Below are positions 29,170-43,424 of a stretch of 64,000 nt of DNA, one piece after another. The position numbers and the translations under genes were made by a program. Source of the DNA: Eledone cirrhosa (taxonomy: Eukaryota); assembly GCA_964016885.1 (NCBI GenBank), contig OZ024742.1:330026001-330090000 (forward strand), in the 5' to 3' direction. The notes beneath the pieces are model-generated. The model was given only the letters and a program-made list of their open reading frames with translations, had not been told where the DNA came from and searched no databases. Numbering within the stretch: the stretch's first letter is position 1; every line of letters starts with the position of its first letter.

Positions 29170-30520
29170 AAATATATAAGAACCGTAGGGCAAATATATT
29201 CCACACATTAAAATGAAGCTCTTGCTCGGAGTGGATTTGTCGATAAGGTAGCATATAGAGATTACGAGAATAGACATAGAAAAATAGATCCTGGCACGTT
29301 ATATGGTATAACCCAACATATAATATGGAGGTGGCCACACCATTAGCTAAGATCTTTCTATCCCTTATTACGAAGCATTTTCCCCTACACATAAATATAG
29401 TAAAATGTTTAATAGAAATACTATTAAAATGTCTTACTCTACGACACCTAACCTTGTACATAACATCACCGCTTCAAATTTAGCTAAACTACTTAGCCGT
29501 AGGAACACTTGCAACACTGTAGTTAGTACTAACTGTAATTGTAGAAATCGGGTTGATTGCCCCCTATCCGGGAAATGCCTCTCTAGTTACATTGTTTACA
29601 AATGTAAGGTTGAAACACCCACGTCCCGTAGTGCCTACATAGGGTTAACCGCCAATAGTTTCAAGCAGCGTCTGTACATGCATACCCATTCTTTTCGTTA
29701 CCCTCTAAGAAGGAATATGGCGTCACTTTCAGCTTATATCTAGAGTCTAAAAGACAACCACCACACCCAATATAAGTTACACTGGGAGATCCTAGCTAGC
29801 GCTAGATCGTATAACGGAAATAAAAGACCATGTGAGTCCTGTGCCGCTGAGGCCCTGGAAATACTCTACGCCACAGACCACATCTTAAACAAAAAACTGA
29901 GGCAATTTCGGCTTGTAAACATAAATTGCACAACACTTTCCTGTATTACAGCCCCACAGTATACCCTAACGGATAGTACGATCTATACGCGGATATTTTA
30001 CGTCTTGATGTGGTAGCTAAGTATATGTTATGTTTATACCATTACTTATTGGCATAGGTAAATATGTGTTACCTGTATCTTTTGTGAAGTTACGCATAAT
30101 TTCTCGTACGTAATTTTGATTGTATTTGTTATGGTGTATATTTTATATATTCTGATACATAGGGTTTGGCTATGTGTATACGGGAGTTTTGCGTCTGTGT
30201 GAGTATGCGGGTTCGTACATATGTAGGGTGTGTGTATATGTGTACTTCGTGTTTTTGTTGACGTACGTCTCCGAACATATGTGTATTTACATGTAGGTAT
30301 GTGTGTGCGTTTGTTATATACGTATTTATTTATTTATATACGTTTATTTAATTATTTATATACACGCACACACACACACCTATTTATATGTTTGTCTATT
30401 TGTATGCCTATTTCGAGTGTTTTCGCGTATATTTGTGTTTGTACGTATATGGCTGCGTGTTTGTATTTATTTAATTTCGATTAACTCTGTATTTTATTTT
30501 ATTTATTCTTAACTCTGAAG
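29170..30520 (+). mobile_element. 5'-truncated Naiad-like PLE: RT tail, linker, GIY-YIG to about 29975, then 3' UTR
   Basis: IWYNP, FNRNTIKMSYS, CNCRNRVDCPLSGKCL, IVYKC..YIGLTANSFKQR, CESC; stops and frameshifts. Confidence 0.85.
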
Positions 30521-30551
30521 CCGAGAATCATTCGTTTTCCTAGTTAGAATT

Positions 30552-30822
30552 TTAGTCTACGACTTCAGTTATACCATTTACATGGTTTTGTCTTTGCGTG
30601 CAATTGTTCTCCACCATCCTCATATAACGTATTATCTTCGCTTTTGCCATTCATTGCCAGAGAACGTCTCTATGAACCACCTAAGAGAATATTAGTCTAC
30701 GACTTCTTTTATACCATAAACGTGGTGTTGTCTTTGCGTGTAATTGTTTTTCACCGCTCCAAATAATGACGTATTATATTCGTTTATTCCCGTTCTTTGC
30801 CAGGGAACGTTACCACGAACCA
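30552..30822. repeat. Diverged tandem duplication, about 140-bp unit
   Basis: ttagtctacgacttc..tctttgcgtg..ttgccag..gaacca occurs at 30552 and 30692. Confidence 0.85.
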
Positions 30823-30962
30823 AAGTATCGTCTTCCTGTCTTCCTCCGGTTACAACGTTTTTTGAAATATTCACTTCTGCGTTCACAGATTGACTTTGTT
30901 AGTTTCAGAAGATCCCGTCATGGGTGAAAGCACCGATTCTTTGCTTAAACTTTAATCTGTTA

Positions 30963-31025
<63 letters not shown>

Positions 31026-31529
31026 TTGTTTTTGTTGTTGTTTTCTGAATCTGACTGATAAAATGACAATCAGACAATCATATTGGTGACCTCTTCACAG
31101 CCCCAGCGGTCACTTAATTGAGGGTGACACATCGTATTCTAAAGAAAAGTGAACGTAGCTGTAATGTACGATAAAGGAACATCAAAACCTATCATATAAT
31201 GAAATATAAGTTGTTCCACATGAAAAACATCCAACATGAAAATGGAGCTAACAAGCGTACATTAGAAGTAAATTAGTTCTTGTTGTTGCAACTGGGAATC
31301 TTTTCAATATACAGTAGTAGAGAAAATGATGCTGATGGGGCTGGCGATGATAACGATGATAGATGCGGTAATATGGCGAGAATATTGCCAATAAATGTAG
31401 TTTTTAGGATTTTGATGGATATGGCCGTGATGATGGTAGTGACAACGGTGAAAATGATAGATGGTGATGATGTTGACATCATCAGTTATATTGATCATCA
31501 ATCCCTCATTCGTTTTATTTTATTGAACA

Positions 31530-31700
31530 GTAGGAACGTGGAATGGTTGTATCCGTAGTTCTTCAGACGAAATTATTTCCGGTATTTAGTTACGACTTAC
31601 CACGTTCTAATTTTAAATCACCTCGAAGTCAAGCTTTCATCCTTCTGAGGTCGATAATTTAAAGTATTAATTAACTGTTGGGGTCGCTTGAATCAGCTTA
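31530..31700 (+). mobile_element. Degenerate SINE, same family as 43221
   Basis: gctttcatccttctgaggtcgataa core followed by ggggtcg. Confidence 0.55.
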
Positions 31701-34539
31701 CGCCTTGCTCACATAACTTACCTTGTATCAGTGTTACAAACATTGTTTGCTGATCAGTATAAAGAGAAATGACGTTTTAAGTATTCAAATTAATTTGCAA
31801 ATATATTTTTCTAAAAGCTAGAGTGAATTGTTTTATTCCACTGCTCTGTCAATTCCACCATTCACCATTTCCTCCCAATCATGATTCCTATCCCTAATGG
31901 TAGCAACATTAATGCATAATTCGTATTAACTTCATCAACTGCAGAAGAATTACAAGCAAGTCGAACATTTTGACTTGAATTCAAACGTGAAGCGCATTTA
32001 GAAACAGACTATAGCGATTCATCCAAAACACCATCCTCAATAATAGGCCAACAATTTGGAGGGAGCTGTAAGATGATTATATCATCACGTATATTTGAGT
32101 GGCATTTTACTTTATTGACCCAGGTAATATAAAAATCCTACTTTATGTCAATGCAATTTGAAATCAGTACGTAAATGCCCATATGGTTTTGTCATTCACT
32201 CCAATGTTGCCAATCCAATAATAATGATAATACTTTTTTCTGCCTTTCGTAACCGAAATAAATGCATAAATTCTGAGCGAAAAGCAGCAAAGCGAAAATC
32301 ATTAACCTATTAAAAACTACAATGTTGTGTTTCAGATCTCTTTTCAAATCTACATGTATTATATGCTCGCTTGTAATATTTAACAACTACAAATGTAGCT
32401 TTTTTAACGCCTAGAAGAAAAACATGTATTACCCAAATATTAGAAATAACAATTCCCAGTTTGCATCTTGGTTTGTACTAATCATTTATCTAACAATAAT
32501 ATATCAGTGGCAATTGAATTTCAAAACGATATTGTTTATGTAAATTCAATTAAGTTGATACTCTTTCCAAAATGTGGGAGATGTTTGGTTTCGAACGTAG
32601 TTTGTTTCTGCATTTATAAGTTTGATTTCCACTGTTTTATCTAGAGAGGTTCATGAGGAATTCTAAAAGAGTGGCTAACCACTACCATTGTTTTTCGACT
32701 CCTTATTTGTTGGGTAAACCATTTTTACTTTCGTCTAGATGCGCTTGGTACCAGTTGGTTTGGCCTCGAGGAGATCTAAATAGTAAAATGTCTTATTAAT
32801 TGAATTATTGAGAGGCTTGTCAACTATAATGACAAAGTTGTAAATGAAAATCTATTCTGAATTATATGCATATTATTAACAAAATATCTTTGGCCTAGAT
32901 GAATTATCCCTCGTCTACTGATATGTACAAAGTTTAATAAAACCGTATTATAAATAATTTAGATGAATAGCATTGTGTAACTATTATGCCTTTTTAGTGA
33001 TATCGTCTACGTATGAAAAATATATTGTTCGTCTTATTAAATTAACAATGTATTTCAAACTCAAGGAACATGTGATGAATGAACGATTGTTTGTTCAGGA
33101 AATGAAACATGAAACCTTAGGTAGAACATATGGCACACTATTGTCCAAAGCTAATAATCGATATCTTTAAAAACATGGACATAACCAGAAAATAAAATTT
33201 AGTTGAGAAATGCAGTAAGATTGGATTACTCCACTGGGTATTTCAAAAGACGATGACAGATGACTGCTTATTTGTGATGTTAACAATTACGGCGTGTACG
33301 GTAAGCGACTATGCAATTTTGAAAGAATCATAGATAAATAATAAACATAGTAAACTACGTTTAATGACTATTATAATTTACGTCGAGGTAGACTTTAAAT
33401 TGATTTATTGTTTATTTACTTAATAGTACGATAAACAAAACTACTTGTAGATATGACTATGATGGGTTTTTAGTTATACTATTAGTATGTAAAAAAAGCA
33501 AATACGCATGAAATCTATTTGATTTATTACAAGAGATACTTACAAAAAGAGCTACAGTAACAATGCAGGCAATAAATTAACTACGTAGATCTCATATCAA
33601 ACGCATACAACAGAAAATGTTTGAAGCTTTCTATAGAACTTCAGTTTTTTTTCTTTTAATATATTGCAGCCCTCATTAATGGTTAGTAACAGCAAATCAA
33701 TAATTTGATCATAATATATGGATCATACTGCTATCAAGTGGTACTTGAAAGCAAGAATGACATTTTGATATAGATATTAACGTCCATTGATAACATGAGA
33801 TCGTATATGATAATCCGTCCTATCAACCAACACCACCACCACCACCAACACTACCATCATCATCATCATCATGTTTATCATAAACGTTATCTCCATCAGC
33901 AAAGCTGACGTTACGACAGCCACTAGGGTAACGGTGACAGTACCATCAATAGAGACAGCAGAAGTAACAATGTCAACAGGTGATTCAATGTTTCTTCTTT
34001 ATACTTTAATATTATTAATAATATAAAATAAACCTTTTGAAGAGTAAATATCGGATTATTGATATTTTCCTTTAATTTACTGTTTTGTTGTTTGCTTAAA
34101 GGCTGTCTCCTGAACAAATATGTTCACAATCCTATAATTGTTGAGGATATCAAAACACTGAAATTTGCTGTAATCAAATTATTGGAAATCGTTGCTGTAA
34201 CTATTTTACAACATTGCTGGTAATATTTAAATTTTGCTCAATAAAGTCTTTATGACGTCGTTCTTCAACAACAGTTTGAGTTGACCTATGAACAGAGACA
34301 TTCAGGCCGTGACTATTCCATCTTGCTTTCAGGATATTGTATTTTGGACTATATGGTAATGATTTTATTTTCTGTAGGGTGTTATTATTTTATGATCATT
34401 GGAACCTGTTATATCGAACAGATTCAGCAGGCAATAATTACTTCAGAGGTCTCCCGATTAGAGATTTACTAAAGGCAAAAGTGTAGAATAAATAGTTTCA
34501 GAAGAAGATGATTTCCATCCTTCTTAAAATGTCAGTATA

Positions 34540-35843
34540 CGACGGTAGACTGAAAAGTTGATAAGCTGGGCATGATTGATTGATGCTGTGGCTGTGAAAT
34601 CTTGCAGGCAAAATGAATATTTCATCATCATTTTCTATTTCTATAGCACACATTCATTTGCCACATACGACTGCGACTGAAATGTTTTGAAAATAATGCA
34701 GAAAGCAAATAGGTGTTGAAATGAAATTTTGTCTGACATTTAGTATATTTTCTGACAGTGCTAGACAGGTGTAATGGTCTAAACAAGTGTTTCTATCTTG
34801 TAGCAGATACTTACATTTCATGTACTGAGACGTTTCGCAAAAAATCTGCAGTTGAAAAGTATGACCTGCAGCTGTGATCAATAAGGACACGTAAACACAT
34901 TCTAGGAAGTTGTCGCGTCATATGTAACGGTCAAACGCTGGATCAATGTATTCAAACCTGGTAAGGAATATGTCCCGTTGTGTGGGAGACCATCAACATT
35001 TACCAGAAAATATTGAACTTGTTTTGGGGAGTATGAAAAAATATCTTCTCCTCGTATAGCAAATATGTTAGTTATCTCCAAGGAGCCTGCAAATAATATT
35101 CTGGCGAAAGAGCCTCCTTTGACAAAACTGTCTTCAGATTGAGTTCCACTTTTTATGAGTGATGATCAAAAGGCACACGTCGCAACTTATCCTCCAAATA
35201 TTTGGAACATTTTGAAGCAGATCCGAAAGATTTCCTGGTAGGTTTTTAACCATGGACGACTGGGCCGATCACAACCATGCTGAAACAAAAATCTAGTCTA
35301 AGTGGAAGCACCCCACCCTCGCCCACCCCAAATAGTCCAAGGTCACATCTGAAAATAAAATTCATGGCTACCATTTCCTTGGATGCACAAGGATTGTTGT
35401 TGGTGGATTATCTCCAAAAGTGTCACTCCCATCACTAGAGAATATTATTCAAGCCTCCTACAAAATATGTGTGAGAACGTCAAGAAGAGAGCTGGATTGC
35501 TGAGGAAAGGGAATTTTTCCCATCATGACAATGCTCCTGGCCACACCTCGTTGATGGCAATGACAAACGTCCGTTACTCTAGATTCAAACTCGTCCCCCA
35601 TGCAGCATGCACGCCAGACCTCCATGCTCCCACTTCCACTTGTTCCCAAACATCACATAGGATATGACCGAACAGCAATATGCCAGAGATGACAACTTAA
35701 TAAGTGTTGAGGATATCTTCCTGGAAGACGGAGTTCTATTTTTGCGGGATCTAGGCACTTCAGCACCAATGAAAAATATAGCAGGAAAATATTTGTATAT
35801 GCTATTGTTTCATGGGGACTCAAAACATTTCAGTCGCCGCTCG
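34540..35843 (+). mobile_element. Degenerate mariner DNA transposon
   Basis: TA-flanked TIRs (cgacggtagactgaaaagtt / aacatttcagtcgccgctcg); HHDNAPGH and TPDL(H)AP motifs; length about 1.3 kb. Confidence 0.85.
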
Positions 35844-36318
35844 TATCATTCCATTTATTATTTCAGAAGCTGTTAGTTCGATGTCCATGGGTCCTACGTT
35901 AACTATAATTCATTTGAGCTCTACTTTTCCCGCAACCCTGGTACGTAAGTGAATCTAATATTAGTAGTTTAATTGGCAAAGAAACAGAGAGGAGAAAATT
36001 CGATCAAAGCATATTTATAATTATGTTTCATTTCCCTGCTCTACTAATAGCAAAACTAAAACTTCTTACCGTTATTCTTGGGTTCCATTACTTCTGATAA
36101 CATATCAAAACTTGTAGGCTGATGTGGTTGCCATCATAAGCATCACTCAACATTGGGTCCTGGAACACGTACAGGCAAAGCATTAAAAAAAGACATACAC
36201 TTCGTGCCTTATATCTCGTTTACTGTTTATTAAAATATTGTTCACCTCATATAGTTTGAACTAAAACGATTCCACACATTGGGGTAGACACGTGCAACAC
36301 TATATATATGTGTGTGTG

Positions 36319-36381
<63 letters not shown>

Positions 36382-36498
36382 GGATTTACGTTCCTTCACG
36401 CACAAGGCGCCAAGGTACGCATGTATTGTCCAACCAGTTGTCCAAACTGCTAGTTTGTGATTTAAATTCAGGAATTTTATATTCTTTGAATGAAAAGA

Positions 36499-36582
36499 AC
36501 CTTCTGACGAGAATCTTTCTTTGCAACGAAGGACGTATGGTCTCCGTTTTATTTTTGGGATTCGAAACCGATCGGTAAAGGT
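36499..36582 (+). ncRNA. Type I hammerhead ribozyme with palindromic helix/loop III, in solo fragment 36380-36653
   Basis: ACCTT CTGACGA GAATCT..GGATTC GAAA CCGATCGG TA AAGGT. Confidence 0.9.
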
Positions 36583-36649
36583 AACTATAGTAGGTAAAGT
36601 CAATTTTTTAAAATTTATTTTGAAACTTTTTCATTATTTGCTAAACCTT

Positions 36650-36702
<53 letters not shown>

Positions 36703-36705
36703 ATA

Positions 36706-36900
36706 CTCGTATACATGGTGCCACTGGTATAAAATCTGAATCTTTTAGTTACCTTCCAAGTAAGCTTATGTGGTACTCCTTTCTTTTTTAATTGCCACAA
36801 TCCTTTTGCCAGGGACATGCTGGATATCATATAAGCGGGTAAAATCGTTCTTTTAAACGATCTGACTATAATCGGTTGGGGTTAATTATTTTCTGCATTT
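36706..36900 (-). pseudogene. Naiad-like GIY-YIG fragment
   Basis: SLAKGLWQLKKKGVPHKLTWKV. Confidence 0.5.
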
Positions 36901-36983
36901 CGTATTTCTACATTTTCTGAAATAACATATATATAGAGAGAGAGCGAGAGAGAGTGAGAGAATATGCACCGAAATCATTAGAC

Positions 36984-37071
36984 GTGTCCGTCAAAGCTGC
37001 GGGTCCAGAATCAGACAGATCCGCACAATGATCGCGTCTCAAGCTGTCCGCCGGCGAAACAATTGTAACAC
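36984..37071 (+). ncRNA. Degenerate HHR with decayed 5' core
   Basis: GTGT ccgtcaa agctgcgg..ccgccggc GAAA CAATTG TA ACAC, followed by aataaa. Confidence 0.45.
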
Positions 37072-37126
37072 ACAATAAATTGAGTTCAGATGCATCACTG
37101 ATTTTTCGTTTTCTATTCTCTCTATT

Positions 37127-37197
<71 letters not shown>

Positions 37198-37198
37198 C

Positions 37199-37278
<80 letters not shown>

Positions 37279-37747
37279 TGTGTGTTTATGTGTGAGCGTG
37301 TGTGTATGTGCGTGCGTGTGTGTGTGTGTCGTAATATAGCGATTTTACATTAGACAGTGGATAAACTAATCACGAGACAAACAAATCATTTTTTTAATTA
37401 AAATGTTTGACTAAATTCCGTCACGGTCCTACTCTAGCATGAAAACAATCAAATGGCTAAAACCAGGAAAATAATTTGAAATATATGGAAGTACTTTTCA
37501 TTAATTGTACGTTGCCAGTTTCTGGAATGTTTGCATTGCCAGAATTGGGTATGCACAGCTATTTTCACTCAGAATAGTGTTTATAGAAAAGCTATGCTCC
37601 GGTAAGCCGCGCCAAATTGATTCATTATCTAACATATAGGTAAAATACGAAACTTCAAACGAACAATCAGATAAAACGTTATTACGATATCAATGGCCAA
37701 TTTCTTCTAGTTAGCATTGCTATTAATTGGAAGTAACAAACCGTTTA

Positions 37748-37905
37748 TAATAATAATTATTTCTACTTTTAGCACAAGGCCAGCAATTACCCCAGTGCAT
37801 TACTGGTTCTTTATTTTATCGACCCCGTAAGGATGAAAGTCAAAGTTAACCTTAACGGTAGTTGAACTCAGAACGTAAAGGGCCATATCTATTTGCTGGA
37901 AAGCC
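37748..37905 (-). mobile_element. SINE, 5'-truncated
   Basis: Reverse complement of the 43221 SINE body and (TTA)n tail. Confidence 0.8.
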
Positions 37906-39270
37906 TGTTATAATTGCTGGCCGTGTGCCAAACGTAGAAACAATTATTAGTATACATATTTTGTTACTTCGAATTAATAGTAATGCCAACTAGAAGAGAC
38001 TGGCCATTGATATTGTATTACTTTTTTATGCGATTTATCGTTTAAGGTTTCGTATTTTCTCCACCATATGGTTAATTATATCGGTTACGACATGCACATA
38101 TATTTCAAAGATAAGGCTATGTTCTAAAGAAATACATGCTCAAATCATTTGCGAGACAAATGTCATATTTTATCTCCAAACCTAGAATTATACTTGTAAG
38201 ATCTTAGCTTAATGAATTTCATTTAAGCAACAATTTTAATGCCATAATCGTGTTGCTTATATACTAAGTCATTCTCTGGCAAAAAAGTATTTTCTTTTCA
38301 TGTTAAAGACTGTCACATTCATTGCTAGTATATATCTAAAACAGTAGTGATTATATATTTCATACACTTACAGTATATAACTTTATTTTTCTTCTTTAAT
38401 ATCTGCGACATCCTCAAAATATCATCATCAGGAAATAATCAAATTTATGCTTGTGCTTCACCAGTAACAGAATTACTTATTAAACAATGTAGAAATAATC
38501 AAATTTGATAGTGGCTCCCTGGCAACGACCAAATATATATTAATTTTCCACTATTATATAAAGCAATGCTATATTAAACTACACATTGCCAATGATGCAA
38601 TGAATTCCACTTTATTCATAAATACGGTTACCAAAGAGTTACATATTTCATATTTGGCTATTTTTAGTGGAAGATAGTAAGGGTTAAATTATACTGAAGA
38701 CTAATTTTCACGAAAAAAAAATGTTGAATTTCCAATCTCTAAATTCCACTATTTATGCTCTTGGGCATGCATTTCAAGGATTTCACTTATTTGTTATTTC
38801 GATTTTTTCCATATACTGTTGAAAGTTTTATTTTCGTCTCTATCGTTTTAATCTGGAACGTTATTTCGCTGAAGAATTGAGACATATTTTTTGTTATTTC
38901 TTAAGGTTTTCTTAAATAATTCGTAATTGATTTCTTTTCCGCTGTATTAAACGTTTTGCTCTTTTCATGTCTTTAATTTTATTTCACCATTTTCTTTTAT
39001 TGTTCAATGTGGTTGGTAAATGTTACTGGAAGCAAAATAATAAATAACGTAATATATTGGAGAAGATGATAGGACATGTCTCCTTTTGACAATGTCCCCA
39101 AAAGAAGAATAAAATTTGAATACATCGAACTATTAAGCAAAACATCACAACTAAAACATAAAATAATGCCAAACGAAATAAAAGTTGTTAATGCCATACA
39201 AGTGTGTTTCTCATTACGTGTTTGTGTAGCGCTGTCCGTTTGTATGGAAGCGCAAGCACGCACACATTTG

Positions 39271-39322
<52 letters not shown>

Positions 39323-39343
39323 AATTTAATTATGTAGACTACG

Positions 39344-39427
<84 letters not shown>

Positions 39428-39529
39428 ATGTGTGTGTGTGTGTGTGTGCGTGTGTGTGTGTGTGTGTGGGTGTGTGTGTGTGTGTGTGTATGTGTGTATG
39501 TATGCATATATATATATATATATATATAT

Positions 39530-40044
<515 letters not shown>

Positions 40045-41143
40045 GTGGAATAGCATGAATAGCATGAAAAGTATGTTAAATTACTTTTTTCTTCTTTAAT
40101 TCGGCAAAGTGACATTATTGAAAACATGAGGGGAACAAGTTAAAAAAAAAAGGACTTTTATAATGTATATAAGGTATATAATGTATAAGCGGTTTCGATG
40201 TATCAGTGTAATCCACCTTATCACATGTTGAGTATTTCAATTAAAAAAATTATATATTATAGATTTAAGAGTTAGAGTTGAAGCAGGTTTGTTCATCATT
40301 TTTGTTGAGAAGAAGACTGGATCTAAAATGGAATATTATATATAGAGAGCAAAGTAGTCATAGTAGAAGTAGCAGTAGTTGTGGTGGTGGTAGTTGTGTC
40401 TTTTCACATAAAAAAATTATTTTTTGGGCAAAGGACATTTTCTGGATATAAGTTTGTAACGTCACAATTAGGTTAACATACTGGTCAAGAGCTCGGTTGG
40501 GGCTCGTAAAGAAGGGAATGTAAGCTAGATACAAAAACCATGGGTGAGAGAAGTAAATGTATTTGTCAAAATTATGGTTGTAAAAGAAATAGTATTGTTA
40601 GAATATGATTTTAGAGAGTATGACTGTATGAGTGCACACACTTATGCGTGTGTGCATGTGTGTGTATGCGCACGTGCATACGAGTGCGTAGGTACATGCA
40701 CATACGTATATAAGTATGTGTGTGTGAGTGTCTGATTGTAAGTGTGATGGTATCAAAACCCGGTCAGAGAAATATTTTTTGGAGAACGAAAGAAAATATA
40801 TATATATACAGATGTGAGAAAAACCACCGACCCTCCATCTCAGCTCTACTTTTGAAAGGCAGAAGAACTGCGAAACCGGTAAAGGAGCCAAATAAATATG
40901 TATAGTTTTTTAAAAAATAAGACTCCAGTTGCATTTTCAATTTCATGTTTTTTTCTTTATATATATATATAAATATAGATTATATACAGTGAGAAATCGT
41001 ATATTCCAACCATGATTGTTTACATATTTGCGTGCATGCTTGCACACACTTAGGAGTCTAAGCGAATTTAAATTGGAATCGTCTTTGACCAGTCTTGACC
41101 TTAATTTTAACATAAATGAGTTTAAAATAAATATATAAATATA

Positions 41144-41216
<73 letters not shown>

Positions 41217-41311
41217 GATCCATATATATATAAATTCTGATCCATATATATATATATATATACATACACATATAAGTGCATGTATATATATATATCTTAC
41301 TCTCTCTCTCT

Positions 41312-41440
<129 letters not shown>

Positions 41441-41477
41441 AGGGTATTAAAGTTTGCTTGAAGCATTGTGAAATATT

Positions 41478-41780
41478 TAAAATATGTAGTTGAGAAAGCC
41501 ACAACAATGCAGATGGGAAGTCTCGAGGTAGGAAATGAGTGAGAAATAGAAGAAAAGTGAAAATTGAGAGAAACGAAAAAACGAAAACAAAACAAAGGTA
41601 GAAGGGTTACCGTAGTGGAGATTTAATCCCTTTAAATCTCCACTACGGTAACCCTTCTACCTTTGTTTTGTTTTCGTTTTTTCGTTTCTCTCAATTTTTA
41701 CTCTTCTCCTATTTCTCACTCACTTCCTACCTCGAGATTTCCCATCTGCCTTGTTGTGGCTTTCTAAACTACATATTTTA
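41478..41780. repeat. About 150-bp-arm hairpin with 5-nt loop at 41627-41631
   Basis: ggttaccgtagtggagatttaa tccct ttaaatctccactacggtaacc; near TA arrays on both sides. Confidence 0.92.
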
Positions 41781-41999
41781 TATATATATATATTTGTTGG
41801 TTGTTCTGTGTGGCGTATTGTGTGCGTGTGCGCGTGTGTGTGTGTGTGCGCGTGTGTATATGAGAAAGAGAGTGCACACACACGCACACATACACACGCG
41901 TGTATATGAGCAAATGTACGATATGTCTGTATATCTGTATGTGCTTAGTCATAGGAGATTGGTTTTTGTATATTTGTTCCAGTGAGAATGTGTTTAGTG

Positions 42000-43020
42000 G
42001 TTTGGGTTGCTTTTTACTTTTAATGACCTTTTGTGTTTCAATAAATTTTACATTTTTTCATCTTTAAATAGAATGGGGAGGTTTTTGTATAGGTGGTCGA
42101 ACATTTCGGTGTTTCTAGTGCCGAAACGTTTGCCTAAGTTAAAAGGGCTGTTAAGTTTTGTATGTTTAAATCGATCTGATGTGAGGAGAACGTACTGTTT
42201 AGAGTCCGTGTGCTTATAAAAGATGTTTCTATTTTCCCATATGTTTTTAAAATAAGGATATCCAAGAAGTATAATTCTTTAGAGTTTGATTCCATTGTGA
42301 AATGTATGTTATTGTTTATGTTCTTTATCATATTTGAAAATATAAAACAATCGTCTAGGTATCTCTTACAATTATTTTTGAGGTGTTTAAGGAAAGAGCC
42401 TGCGAATAATAGAAGGGATTGGTTGTATAATTGTTTGTGGAATCCTTTGACTAAGTTGGTGTATGTGGGGCTACATTCGTGCCAATTCCAGTACCAGAGA
42501 TTTGATGGTATGTTGAAGCATTTAAAGTAAAATAATTATTCGGTAAGATAAATCGGAGTCCATCAATTATAAAGCTTTTGTTGATGAGTGTTGGAATGTC
42601 AAATTGGTGTGTGTCTAGCCAGTAGTGGATTGCCGTTATTCCATAGTTGAGGGGTATATTAGTGCAAAGCTTTACTATGTCAAAGGAGACAAGGATTGTG
42701 TCTTCACTCACTGTTTTAGGTAGGTTGTTCAGCATATCAAGATCATCCAGTATGTAATTCTGTATAAGTTGTAGGAGGGGTTTTACTAGGATGTCCAGGA
42801 AGTTGCTAAGTATGTGGGTTCCACACGCAGGGCTTGCAAAATTGGTCTGAGTTTTAAGTCTTCTGGTGGTTTTAATTGTATGTATTTTTTAGTCGAAGTC
42901 TCACAGGTATTTTTTATGAGTTTCAATTTGTGGATCTTCGGTAACCCTAAAAGTACGTTTGAAATGGATTATATATTCAAATTCTTTTGTGGTTAAGCTA
43001 TTTCGATATTTATGTAGTAA
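42000..43020 (-). pseudogene. Decayed PLE reverse transcriptase from a different lineage
   Basis: LVSFDIVKLCTNIP, NYFTLN..YHQISGTGIGTNVAP, YLDDCF, LYFLDI. Confidence 0.82.
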
Positions 43021-43220
43021 TGCTAGGCGACTCCCCTTATTTTTAGTTTGTTTGTTGTCTTCCGTTTTTTCATATTATTTATTGTGGTGTAAGATTTTAA
43101 GTATACAACATATACGCATAGTTTTATATCTACATGTACGAATATGCATGTTTATATGTGGCTGTATATACGATCACACTTTTTCTTTTTCATTATCATT
43201 ATTATTATTATTGTTATATA

Positions 43221-43424
43221 AGGGCAGTAGATTGGCAGTATCAGTAGAGGGTCGGACGCCATGCTTTCCAGCATAGTTACGTCCCTTTCCGATCTGAGTT
43301 AAAATCCCGCCGAGGTTCACTTTGCCTTTCATCCTTGCGGGGTCGATAAAATAAATTACCAGTAATACACTGGGTAATTGCTGGCCTTGTACCTAAAGTA
43401 GAAACAATTATTATTATTATTATT
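43221..43424 (+). mobile_element. tRNA-derived SINE with Nin/Deu-like central domain and (TTA)n tail
   Basis: A-box-like tggcagtatcagtag, B-box-like gagttaaaatccc, core tttcatccttgcggggtcgataaa. Confidence 0.8.

Noticed and set aside
29405-29975. Possible selenocysteine-encoding Naiad
   Set aside because: The conserved Cys positions I checked use TGT/TGC and the in-frame stop is TAG at a Trp position; no SECIS recognised.
31750-33600. Possible second DNA-transposon relic (likewise 56100-58500)
   Set aside because: Only vague peptide hints with many stops; cannot be supported without a profile search.
40170-40790. HHR-like fragments near 40190 and 40735 (also 59800)
   Set aside because: Several core positions are wrong and the helices are weak.
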